Assembly (NCBI RefSeq): GCF_003334785.1
Contig: NZ_QOWV01000010.1
Direction: 5' to 3' (one strand)
From: Escherichia coli
GTDB lineage: Bacteria; Pseudomonadota; Gammaproteobacteria; Enterobacterales; Enterobacteriaceae
Length of the DNA stretch: 64,000 nt
Part shown: positions 35,608 to 45,142 of the stretch, in pieces
How positions within the stretch are numbered: position 1 is the stretch's first letter
Layout of the letters: every line of letters starts with the position of its first letter
Notes under the pieces: model-generated
The model's input: the letters and a program-made list of their open reading frames with translations, nothing else
The model's database searches: none
What the model was told of the DNA's origin: nothing
Program-made: the position numbers and the translations under genes

Positions 35608-36782
35608 TTTGTGTGGTCCATAATATTTTTCATGGGAGGATAAATTGAGCCAGATGGAATGGCCCAGGGAGTGATTTTGCTTTCACCTACTAATATTCCC
35701 TTAGCTATTCGTGATTGCATGTTAGTAAAAACTTTATGATATGGTTCGTTTTCGATTAATACTAAATTTTCGAAATCATTAGTACCACCATCATCTAGAG
35801 ATAGTTTATGGTGAACATTATAATTTAGAGGAACATTGCCCTTTCTCATTCTTAAAAGGTCTTCGGCGTTGAATCTTCCAGATGCTTCGGAGGTTTTTGC
35901 AAGTTTGATAAGAAAATTTTTTCTTACAGTTTTATTAAACTCCTTTCGTAAGTTAGCTAAGTCTTTTGAAGGTCTCTTAATGTATATTATTTCTATTATG
36001 TCTATACCATCAAGAAGTTTTTGTTGACCTCTAAGTTTGCCTAAGTAACTATTTATTTCTGTATATGTATCAACATTAGAACGCTTTGTTAAAAGAATAG
36101 ATGCTGTTGCTATCGCTATGCCCGCTGTTTTTTCATTTAGTATTTGATCATAGCCTTTTATTGCATCTCCACCCAGTTTTTCCGCAGTATCTCTGAATCC
36201 TTCAATGTTCCCATTGTATACGCCACCAGCAGCAAGTAGCCTGCCAATAGCTTTGCTGTTTAACGTTTTGAAACGATTATTTGTTTGGTTTTTTGAATTT
36301 GGTAAAAACAAACGGTTATAATTTTCAGGGAGTGCCAAATAGCTGAACTCGGTATTTGCGATAAGATGTTGACAGAGGATAAATTCATAACTAATAGTTA
36401 TTGTTTCTGTATCCAGTTGGTTTTCAATGATCTGGTGATGAATAGCCGATAAAAAAGCGCCTCTTAGTTGTATATAATAATACTTTTCCAATCTACCAAA
36501 TCTATTTATTCGATAGAAGTCAAATCCCATAAATAATTGTTCATTATTGTTAATGGAATTAATAAATAATGGAGTGCTTTTATCAATTAATTTACAAAAT
36601 GTTATACCATGGAACTGTGAACCAAGCCCCGTATTATTAATATTATTTAAGAGTGAGAATGTAAATATTTCATCCTCATGCCCGCTCTGCCAACGATTAC
36701 CTGTAGACTCAGAAGTCCCACAACCTGCGGAGATGCTTCCTTGTTGTTCTCCCGTTACTGTCAGGTAAACAATATTACTCAT
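35604..36782 (-). CDS. yhhZ: Hcp-like domain fused to C-terminal HNH-type nuclease (candidate orphan T6SS effector, yhhZ-like)
   Basis: 392 aa; N-terminal half resembles Hcp/TssD by my reading (MSNIVYLTVTGEQQG...); C-terminus carries an HNH motif (NVHHKLSLDDGGTNDFENLVLIENEPYH); AT-rich codon usage unlike neighbours. Confidence 0.8.
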   Translation of the reverse strand: MSNIVYLTVTGEQQGSISAGCGTSESTGNRWQSGHEDEIFTFSLLNNINNTGLGSQFHGITFCKLIDKSTPLFINSINNNEQLFMGFDFYRINRFGRLEKYYYIQLRGAFLSAIHHQIIENQLDTETITISYEFILCQHLIANTEFSYLALPENYNRLFLPNSKNQTNNRFKTLNSKAIGRLLAAGGVYNGNIEGFRDTAEKLGGDAIKGYDQILNEKTAGIAIATASILLTKRSNVDTYTEINSYLGKLRGQQKLLDGIDIIEIIYIKRPSKDLANLRKEFNKTVRKNFLIKLAKTSEASGRFNAEDLLRMRKGNVPLNYNVHHKLSLDDGGTNDFENLVLIENEPYHKVFTNMQSRIAKGILVGESKITPWAIPSGSIYPPMKNIMDHTK

Positions 36783-36986
36783 CCCTGAAAAGTCCTTTTA
36801 TGGCATGCTATTTTATCAATGGCAATATTATGCTTGTTAATTGTTATTTATTTACTCCAGGAAATTGTAGGCGTATATATTAAAAAATAAAATATTACAC
36901 TTTAGGAAGTAATTATGAGTTAAATCTCAATATATGTATTGGGCAAATAAATACCTTAAAGGAAGGTATGTCGATTTTGAATGACA

Positions 36987-37011
36987 CCCTTTTTCCATCT
37001 CAGAAAAAGGG
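36987..37011. terminator. Hairpin CCCTTTTT-N9-AAAAAGGG just downstream of yhhY stop
   Basis: Perfect 8-bp arms read directly, 8 nt from the yhhY stop codon on the minus strand; no clear U-run on that strand. Confidence 0.4.
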
Positions 37012-37018
37012 CACTATC

Positions 37019-37507
37019 TTACTTCACCCGCGCCATATAATATGCATCGACATATTCACCATTACGCAATGCGTACTTCTTACCAGTCCCTTCAATTTCA
37101 AAGCCGTATTTTTTATAGACCTTAATTGCCGGGGCGTTATCGACAAACACGGTTAGTTCAATGCGATCTACCCGCAACCAGTTGTCGCACATTTCAATCA
37201 TCTCTCGCATCAGGGCGCTGGCGACGCCGCGGTTCTTCCAACGAGAGTCGACACAGATACCAAAATCGGCAACATGACTGCGGCGTGGGCGCTGTTGCAC
37301 GTCAATGGTGAGATGGCCCACGACGTCTCCATCAATACAGGCGACGAGTTGCTTGATGCCGGGACGATCGGCGAGTCGCTCCTGCCACATATGATCGGAA
37401 GGATGAGGCACCTGTAGTGTGTTGCAATACACCTCCGGCTGGGCGTGAATCTGCCTGATGGCCTCGTAATCCCGTGTTTCTGCGTGGCGTATTACTATCT
37501 CACTCAT
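37019..37507 (-). CDS. yhhY: GNAT-family N-acetyltransferase
   Basis: Start chosen at MSEIVIRHAETRDYEAI (162 aa); GNAT motifs (RWKNRGVASALM); the track ORF extends 26 codons upstream. Confidence 0.88.
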   Translation of the reverse strand: MSEIVIRHAETRDYEAIRQIHAQPEVYCNTLQVPHPSDHMWQERLADRPGIKQLVACIDGDVVGHLTIDVQQRPRRSHVADFGICVDSRWKNRGVASALMREMIEMCDNWLRVDRIELTVFVDNAPAIKVYKKYGFEIEGTGKKYALRNGEYVDAYYMARVK

Positions 37508-37839
37508 TCCTTTGTCCTCTTTGGGGTAAATGTCCCTTTCAACATCATTGACTTTCAAATGCGAGTCAAATGCATTTTTTTGCAAAAAGTGTTGGACAAG
37601 TGCGAATGAGAATGATTATTATTGTCTCGCGATCAGGAAGACCCTCGCGGAGAACCTGAAAGCACGACATTGCTCACATTGCTTCCAGTATTACTTAGCC
37701 AGCCGGGTGCTGGCTTTTTTTTTGATCTTTCGTTCTCAATTTATCCACGGGAGTGCTTGTGTTCGTTATGCGCACTCCAGTAGGAACCACGTCCGCTTTG
37801 CGCTAAGGTGTAAATAACCACCTTAAAAAGGACGAAATC

Positions 37840-38877
37840 ATGGTCATCAACTGCGCCTTTATTGGCTTCGGCAAAAGCACCACCCGTTACCATCTGCCGT
37901 ATGTACTTAACCGCAAGGATAGCTGGCATGTCGCGCATATTTTTCGTCGCCATGCGAAGCCGGAAGAACAGGCTCCCATTTATTCCCATATCCATTTCAC
38001 CAGCGATCTCGACGAAGTACTAAACGATCCCGATGTTAAGCTGGTTGTTGTCTGCACCCACGCGGACAGCCATTTCGAGTACGCGAAACGCGCGCTGGAA
38101 GCCGGGAAAAATGTGCTGGTCGAAAAACCGTTCACTCCGACACTTGCGCAGGCGAAAGAGCTGTTTGCGTTGGCGAAAAGCAAAGGGCTGACCGTCACGC
38201 CGTATCAGAATCGTCGCTTTGACTCCTGCTTCCTGACAGCGAAAAAAGCGATTGAAAGTGGCAAGTTGGGAGAGATTGTTGAAGTGGAAAGCCATTTTGA
38301 CTATTACCGCCCGGTGGCAGAAACCAAACCTGGGCTGCCGCAGGATGGCGCGTTTTATGGCCTTGGTGTGCATACGATGGACCAGATTATTTCTCTGTTC
38401 GGTCGCCCGGATCACGTCGCTTATGACATCCGCAGCCTGCGTAATAAAGCCAATCCTGACGACACCTTTGAAGCGCAACTGTTTTATGGCGACCTGAAAG
38501 CCATCGTCAAAACCAGCCATCTGGTGAAAATCGATTATCCGAAATTTATCGTTCACGGTAAGAAAGGTTCGTTTATTAAATACGGTATCGACCAGCAGGA
38601 AACCAGCCTGAAGGCTAATATTATGCCGGGCGAACCGGGATTCGCAGCGGATGATTCGGTCGGTGTGCTGGAGTATGTCAATGACGAGGGCGTGACGGTC
38701 AGAGAAGAGATGAAGCCGGAGATGGGCGATTACGGGCGCGTTTATGATGCGTTGTATCAAACCATCACCCACGGTGCGCCAAATTACGTCAAGGAATCTG
38801 AAGTTCTTACCAATCTGGAAATCCTTGAACGCGGATTTGAGCAAGCCTCTCCCTCCACAGTAACTCTCGCTAAGTAA
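37840..38877 (+). CDS. yhhX: Gfo/Idh/MocA-family NAD(P)-dependent oxidoreductase
   Basis: 345 aa; N-terminal Rossmann motif (INCAFIGFGKS). Confidence 0.9.
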   Translation: MVINCAFIGFGKSTTRYHLPYVLNRKDSWHVAHIFRRHAKPEEQAPIYSHIHFTSDLDEVLNDPDVKLVVVCTHADSHFEYAKRALEAGKNVLVEKPFTPTLAQAKELFALAKSKGLTVTPYQNRRFDSCFLTAKKAIESGKLGEIVEVESHFDYYRPVAETKPGLPQDGAFYGLGVHTMDQIISLFGRPDHVAYDIRSLRNKANPDDTFEAQLFYGDLKAIVKTSHLVKIDYPKFIVHGKKGSFIKYGIDQQETSLKANIMPGEPGFAADDSVGVLEYVNDEGVTVREEMKPEMGDYGRVYDALYQTITHGAPNYVKESEVLTNLEILERGFEQASPSTVTLAK

Positions 38878-38999
38878 GTTTGATGGCCCCTCGAATAGTT
38901 CAATTTTTTTGAACAGAGGGGTCAATTTTCACCCTCTATCATCCCAGGCAGATCGGGTCCACACTAAGCCCATCGAAATCATTCAGGGGGCGAATACAA

Positions 39000-39695
39000 A
39001 TGATCTACTTACGCAAAGCAAATGAACGTGGTCATGCAAATCATGGCTGGCTAGACTCCTGGCATACTTTCTCTTTTGCCAACTATTACGATCCGAACTT
39101 TATGGGCTTCTCCGCGCTGCGCGTGATTAACGACGACGTGATTGAAGCAGGGCAGGGCTTCGGCACTCACCCGCATAAAGATATGGAAATTTTGACCTAC
39201 GTGCTGGAAGGTACTGTTGAGCATCAGGACAGCATGGGCAATAAAGAGCAGGTTCCGGCGGGTGAGTTCCAGATTATGAGTGCTGGTACGGGTATTCGTC
39301 ACTCAGAGTACAACCCAAGCAGCACCGAGCGTCTGCATCTGTATCAGATCTGGATCATGCCTGAAGAAAACGGTATTACGCCGCGTTATGAACAGCGTCG
39401 CTTCGATGCCGTACAGGGCAAACAGCTGGTGCTCTCGCCGGATGCGCGAGATGGTTCATTGAAAGTGCATCAGGATATGGAACTGTACCGCTGGGCGTTG
39501 CTGAAAGATGAGCAGTCGGTGCATCAGATTGCCGCTGAACGCCGCGTCTGGATCCAGGTGGTGAAAGGCAATGTCACCATTAACGGCGTGAAAGCCTCGA
39601 CCAGCGATGGTCTGGCAATCTGGGATGAGCAGGCAATCTCCATCCATGCGGATAGCGACAGCGAAGTGTTACTGTTCGATCTGCCGCCGGTTTAA
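39000..39695 (+). CDS. yhhW: Pirin-like cupin (quercetin 2,3-dioxygenase family)
   Basis: 231 aa; cupin metal-binding His motif (GFGTHPHKDMEI). Confidence 0.9.
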   Translation: MIYLRKANERGHANHGWLDSWHTFSFANYYDPNFMGFSALRVINDDVIEAGQGFGTHPHKDMEILTYVLEGTVEHQDSMGNKEQVPAGEFQIMSAGTGIRHSEYNPSSTERLHLYQIWIMPEENGITPRYEQRRFDAVQGKQLVLSPDARDGSLKVHQDMELYRWALLKDEQSVHQIAAERRVWIQVVKGNVTINGVKASTSDGLAIWDEQAISIHADSDSEVLLFDLPPV

Positions 39696-39918
39696 AACTC
39701 AACGGCATCTTTGAAGCCTGCCTTTTTGCAGGCTTCCTCGCTCGCTCCGGTCGCGTGCTGATGTACGCTTCCGGGGTTTTGCCGCGTCGTTAGCACAATG
39801 CGATGCAATTGATTTAGTGTATATCTAATAATTGTAAACAAGCACTGTTTTCCCCGGGAAGGTTCTGATGTGTCCGTGTTAAACTAAGAGAATCTATCTC
39901 TTTTGTACCTTCAGGACG

Positions 39919-40914
39919 ATGAAAAAGAAAAGACCCGTACTTCAGGATGTGGCTGACCGTGTAGGCGTGACCAAAATGACGGTCAGCCGTTTTTTACGCA
40001 ACCCGGAGCAGGTTTCCGTCGCTCTACGCGGCAAGATTGCCGCGGCTCTTGATGAACTGGGCTATATTCCCAATCGTGCGCCCGATATCCTCTCTAACGC
40101 CACCAGCCGGGCGATTGGCGTCCTGTTACCTTCTCTCACCAACCAGGTTTTCGCGGAAGTATTACGCGGAATCGAAAGCGTCACCGACGCGCACGGTTAT
40201 CAGACCATGCTGGCGCACTACGGTTATAAACCGGAAATGGAGCAAGAACGCCTCGAATCCATGCTCTCCTGGAATATCGACGGCCTGATCCTCACCGAAC
40301 GTACCCACACGCCGCGCACCTTAAAGATGATTGAAGTGGCGGGTATTCCCGTGGTGGAACTGATGGACAGCAAGTCGCCATGCCTTGATATCGCCGTCGG
40401 TTTTGATAACTTTGAAGCAGCACGCCAGATGACCACTGCCATTATTGCTCGCGGGCATCGCCACATTGCCTATCTCGGCGCACGTCTCGACGAACGTACT
40501 ATCATCAAACAGAAGGGATACGAACAGGCGATGCTGGATGCAGGCCTGGTGCCATATAGCGTGATGGTTGAGCAATCTTCTTCTTACTCTTCCGGTATTG
40601 AACTGATTCGCCAGGCGCGGCGGGAATATCCGCAGCTGGATGGCGTGTTCTGTACGAATGATGACCTGGCGGTCGGCGCGGCGTTTGAATGTCAGCGTCT
40701 GGGGTTAAAAGTTCCTGACGATATGGCGATTGCCGGTTTCCACGGTCATGACATTGGTCAGGTGATGGAGCCACGACTTGCGAGCGTGCTGACGCCGCGT
40801 GAGCGGATGGGCAGTATTGGCGCTGAACGCCTGCTGGCGCGTATTCGTGGCGAATCTGTGACACCGAAAATGTTAGATTTAGGTTTCACCTTGTCACCGG
40901 GCGGATCTATTTAA
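39919..40914 (+). CDS. gntR: LacI-family gluconate repressor
   Basis: 331 aa; N-terminal HTH (LQDVADRVGVTKMTVSRFL) and periplasmic-binding-protein-like core. Confidence 0.93.
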   Translation: MKKKRPVLQDVADRVGVTKMTVSRFLRNPEQVSVALRGKIAAALDELGYIPNRAPDILSNATSRAIGVLLPSLTNQVFAEVLRGIESVTDAHGYQTMLAHYGYKPEMEQERLESMLSWNIDGLILTERTHTPRTLKMIEVAGIPVVELMDSKSPCLDIAVGFDNFEAARQMTTAIIARGHRHIAYLGARLDERTIIKQKGYEQAMLDAGLVPYSVMVEQSSSYSSGIELIRQARREYPQLDGVFCTNDDLAVGAAFECQRLGLKVPDDMAIAGFHGHDIGQVMEPRLASVLTPRERMGSIGAERLLARIRGESVTPKMLDLGFTLSPGGSI

Positions 40915-41052
40915 GCCCACAAATTTGAAGTAGCTCACACTTATACACTTAAGGCATGGATGGATATTGCTTCTGATATTGTCCGGCTGGACAATGTTAC
41001 CGATAACAGTTACCCGTAACATTTTTAATTCTTGTATTGTGGGGGCACCACT

Positions 41053-41580
41053 TTGAGCACGACTAACCATGATCACCACATTTACGTCTTGATGGGCGTA
41101 TCGGGCAGCGGCAAATCTGCGGTCGCCAGTGAAGTGGCGCATCAACTTCATGCCGCGTTTCTTGATGGCGATTTCCTCCATCCACGGCGCAATATCGAAA
41201 AAATGGCGTCTGGCGAACCACTGAATGACGACGATCGCAAACCGTGGTTGCAGGCGCTGAACGACGCCGCGTTTGCTATGCAGCGCACTAATAAAGTGTC
41301 GCTGATCGTCTGTTCTGCATTGAAAAAACACTATCGCGACTTGCTGCGTGAAGGTAATCCGAATCTCTCTTTCATCTATTTGAAAGGCGATTTTGATGTG
41401 ATTGAAAGCCGCCTGAAAGCGCGCAAAGGCCATTTCTTTAAAACCCAAATGTTGGTGACGCAGTTTGAAACGCTGCAGGAGCCGGGTGCGGACGAAACCG
41501 ATGTACTGGTGGTGGATATCGATCAACCGCTGGAAGGTGTTGTGGCAAGCACCATTGAGGTTATTAAAAAAGGCAAATAA
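41053..41580 (+). CDS. gntK: Gluconokinase (thermoresistant)
   Basis: Walker A GVSGSGKS; start placed at the TTG encoding the L in ...TTLSTTNHDHH (175 aa), as I recall for gntK; the track's ATG start lies 7 codons upstream. Confidence 0.85.
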   Translation: MSTTNHDHHIYVLMGVSGSGKSAVASEVAHQLHAAFLDGDFLHPRRNIEKMASGEPLNDDDRKPWLQALNDAAFAMQRTNKVSLIVCSALKKHYRDLLREGNPNLSFIYLKGDFDVIESRLKARKGHFFKTQMLVTQFETLQEPGADETDVLVVDIDQPLEGVVASTIEVIKKGK

Positions 41581-41583
41581 GTA

Positions 41584-42924
41584 GTGACTACATTAACGCT
41601 TGTTTTAACAGCAGTAGGGTCTGTTTTACTGCTGCTGTTTTTAGTCATGAAGGCGCGTATGCACGCTTTCCTGGCTTTAATGGTGGTGTCCATGGGGGCT
41701 GGCCTTTTTTCTGGTATGCCGCTCGATAAAATCGCAGCGACGATGGAAAAAGGGATGGGAGGCACCCTCGGCTTCCTGGCGGTGGTTGTCGCCCTGGGAG
41801 CTATGTTTGGCAAGATCTTACATGAAACCGGCGCAGTCGATCAGATTGCCGTCAAAATGCTCAAATCCTTCGGTCACAGCCGCGCGCATTATGCCATCGG
41901 CCTTGCGGGGCTGGTCTGTGCGCTACCGCTGTTCTTTGAAGTGGCGATAGTTCTGCTGATTAGCGTTGCTTTCTCAATGGCGCGCCACACCGGTACGAAC
42001 CTGGTGAAGCTGGTAATCCCATTATTTGCAGGCGTGGCGGCAGCGGCGGCATTTCTGGTGCCTGGACCAGCGCCGATGCTGCTGGCATCGCAGATGAATG
42101 CCGACTTTGGCTGGATGATCCTGATTGGCCTGTGTGCGGCAATTCCGGGAATGATTATTGCCGGGCCGCTGTGGGGTAACTTCATCAGCCGTTACGTTGA
42201 GCTGCATATTCCTGACGACATCAGCGAACCGCATCTCGGCGAAGGCAAAATGCCATCTTTCGGATTCAGCCTGTCGCTGATCCTGCTGCCGCTGGTGCTG
42301 GTAGGGCTGAAAACCATTGCCGCGCGTTTTGTGCCGGAAGGATCAACTGCTTACGAATGGTTTGAGTTTATCGGTCATCCGTTTACCGCGATTCTGGTTG
42401 CTTGTCTGGTGGCGATTTACGGTCTGGCAATGCGTCAGGGCATGCCAAAAGACAAAGTGATGGAGATTTGCGGTCACGCGCTGCAACCGGCGGGGATCAT
42501 TCTGCTGGTGATTGGTGCGGGCGGCGTGTTCAAACAGGTGCTGGTTGACTCTGGCGTAGGTCCGGCACTGGGCGAAGCGTTAACCGGCATGGGCCTGCCG
42601 ATTGCTATCACCTGCTTCGTGCTGGCAGCTGCAGTGCGCATCATTCAGGGTTCTGCCACCGTAGCCTGTTTAACGGCGGTAGGACTGGTGATGCCGGTTA
42701 TTGAACAACTGAACTACTCCGGTGCGCAAATGGCGGCGCTGTCGATTTGTATCGCTGGTGGTTCGATTGTTGTCAGCCACGTTAACGACGCCGGTTTCTG
42801 GTTGTTCGGTAAATTTACCGGCGCGACCGAAGCCGAAACGCTGAAAACCTGGACCATGATGGAAACCATCCTCGGCACTGTCGGTGCCATCGTTGGGATG
42901 ATTGCGTTCCAGCTGTTGAGTTAA
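41584..42924 (+). CDS. gntU: Low-affinity gluconate:H+ transporter (GntP family)
   Basis: 446-aa hydrophobic ORF beginning with GTG 3 nt after the gntK stop. Confidence 0.9.
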   Translation: MTTLTLVLTAVGSVLLLLFLVMKARMHAFLALMVVSMGAGLFSGMPLDKIAATMEKGMGGTLGFLAVVVALGAMFGKILHETGAVDQIAVKMLKSFGHSRAHYAIGLAGLVCALPLFFEVAIVLLISVAFSMARHTGTNLVKLVIPLFAGVAAAAAFLVPGPAPMLLASQMNADFGWMILIGLCAAIPGMIIAGPLWGNFISRYVELHIPDDISEPHLGEGKMPSFGFSLSLILLPLVLVGLKTIAARFVPEGSTAYEWFEFIGHPFTAILVACLVAIYGLAMRQGMPKDKVMEICGHALQPAGIILLVIGAGGVFKQVLVDSGVGPALGEALTGMGLPIAITCFVLAAAVRIIQGSATVACLTAVGLVMPVIEQLNYSGAQMAALSICIAGGSIVVSHVNDAGFWLFGKFTGATEAETLKTWTMMETILGTVGAIVGMIAFQLLS

Positions 42925-42980
42925 GTTTGTTCGCCCGGTAGTTGTGACGCTACCGGGTTCTTTTCGAAAAACTCTCCTCG

Positions 42981-43574
42981 TTACCCCTTCATCCACATTC
43001 GAATGCCGTCGAGGAACATCTGGGTTGCCATCATCACCAGAATCAATCCCATCAGGCGTTCAAGTGCGTTCACCCCTTTCTCGCCCAGCAGACGTAAAAA
43101 TAGCGAAGACTGTAGCAGGATGACAAAGGTGCCGCCCCAGGCCAGCAGCAGAGCAATCACCAGATGCCCCATCTGATTCGGGTACTGATGAGACAACAAC
43201 ATCAGCGTGGCGAGAATAGTCGGCCCGGCGACTAACGGAATTGCCAACGGCACGATAAATGGCTCTTCACCTGCCGGAAGCCCGCTGCTATTTCCTGAAG
43301 CGCTGGGGAAAATCATTTTAATGGCGATCAGAAACAGAATGATGCCGCCAGAAATGGAGACGGTTTCTGCTCGTAGGCTAAGAAATGCCAGAATTTTCTC
43401 ACCCGCAAACAGGAACACCAGCATCACCAGGAGAGCAATAAGCAACTCTCGCACCATGATTGCCCGCCGTCTTTTCGGTTCAGTATGTTTCAGTACGGAC
43501 ATGAAAATAGGTAGGTTTCCGAGCGGATCCATAATCAGGATCAATAAAACTGCTGCAGAAATGATTTCATTCAT
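42981..43574 (-). CDS. yhgN: MarC-family inner membrane protein
   Basis: 197-aa hydrophobic ORF; conserved position next to asd. Confidence 0.88.
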   Translation of the reverse strand: MNEIISAAVLLILIMDPLGNLPIFMSVLKHTEPKRRRAIMVRELLIALLVMLVFLFAGEKILAFLSLRAETVSISGGIILFLIAIKMIFPSASGNSSGLPAGEEPFIVPLAIPLVAGPTILATLMLLSHQYPNQMGHLVIALLLAWGGTFVILLQSSLFLRLLGEKGVNALERLMGLILVMMATQMFLDGIRMWMKG

Positions 43575-43766
43575 AACTCAAATTCCCTGATAATTGCCGC
43601 GGACTTTCTGCGTGCTAACAAAGCAGGATAAGTCGCATTACTGATGGCTTCGCTATCATTGATTAATTTCACTTGCGACTTTGGCTGCTTTTTGTATGGT
43701 GAAAGATGTGCCAAGAGGAGACCGGCACATTTATACAGCACACATCTTTGCAGGAAAAAAACGCTT

Positions 43767-44870
43767 ATGAAAAATGTTGGTTTTATCGGCTGGCGCGGTA
43801 TGGTCGGCTCCGTTCTCATGCAACGCATGGTTGAAGAGCGCGACTTCGACGCCATTCGCCCTGTCTTCTTTTCTACTTCTCAGCTTGGCCAGGCTGCGCC
43901 GTCTTTTGGCGGAACCACTGGCACACTTCAGGATGCCTTTGATCTGGAGGCGCTAAAGGCCCTCGATATCATTGTGACCTGTCAGGGCGGCGATTATACC
44001 AACGAAATCTATCCAAAGCTTCGTGAAAGCGGATGGCAAGGTTACTGGATTGACGCAGCATCGTCTCTGCGCATGAAAGATGACGCCATCATCATTCTTG
44101 ACCCCGTCAATCAGGACGTCATTACCGACGGATTAAATAATGGCATCAGGACTTTTGTTGGCGGTAACTGTACCGTAAGCCTGATGTTGATGTCGTTGGG
44201 TGGTTTATTCGCCAATGATCTTGTTGATTGGGTGTCCGTTGCAACCTACCAGGCCGCTTCCGGCGGTGGTGCGCGACATATGCGTGAGTTATTAACCCAG
44301 ATGGGCCATCTGTATGGCCATGTGGCAGATGAACTCGCGACCCCGTCCTCTGCTATTCTCGATATCGAACGCAAAGTCACAACCTTAACCCGTAGCGGTG
44401 AGCTGCCGGTGGATAACTTTGGCGTGCCGCTGGCGGGTAGCCTGATTCCGTGGATCGACAAACAGCTCGATAACGGTCAGAGCCGCGAAGAGTGGAAAGG
44501 GCAGGCGGAAACCAACAAGATCCTCAACACATCTTCCGTAATTCCGGTAGATGGTTTATGTGTGCGTGTCGGGGCATTGCGCTGCCACAGCCAGGCATTC
44601 ACTATTAAATTGAAAAAAGATGTGTCTATTCCGACCGTGGAAGAACTGCTGGCTGCGCACAATCCGTGGGCGAAAGTCGTTCCGAACGATCGGGAAATCA
44701 CTATGCGTGAGCTAACCCCAGCTGCCGTTACCGGCACGCTGACCACGCCGGTAGGCCGCCTGCGTAAGCTGAATATGGGACCAGAGTTCCTGTCAGCCTT
44801 TACCGTGGGCGACCAGCTGCTGTGGGGGGCCGCGGAGCCGCTGCGTCGGATGCTTCGTCAACTGGCGTAA
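43767..44870 (+). CDS. asd: Aspartate-semialdehyde dehydrogenase
   Basis: Start chosen at [16 protein letters not shown] (367 aa; NAD-binding motif) within the 408-aa track ORF. Confidence 0.95.
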
Positions 44871-45142
44871 TCTTTATTCATTAAATCTGGGGCGCGATGC
44901 CGCCCCTGTTAGTGCGTAATACAGGAGTAAGCGCAGATGTTTCATGATTTACCGGGAGTTAAATAGAGCATTGGCTATTCTTTAAGGGTGGCTGAATACA
45001 TGAGTATTCACAGCCTTACCTGAAGTGAGGACGACGCAGAGAGGATGCACAGAGTGCTGCGCCGTTCAGGTCAAAAAAATGTCACAACCAGAAGTCAAAA
45101 ATCCAATTGGATGGGGTGACACAATAAAACAGGAAGACAAGC

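Noticed and set aside
36968-37156. 62-aa plus-strand ORF bridging the yhhZ promoter and the yhhY 3' end
   Set aside because: Overlaps the yhhY coding region antisense and contains the terminator hairpin; no support.
38020-38925. 301-aa minus-strand ORF antisense to yhhX
   Set aside because: Antisense shadow ORF; the plus-strand product has a clear Rossmann motif whereas this frame has none.
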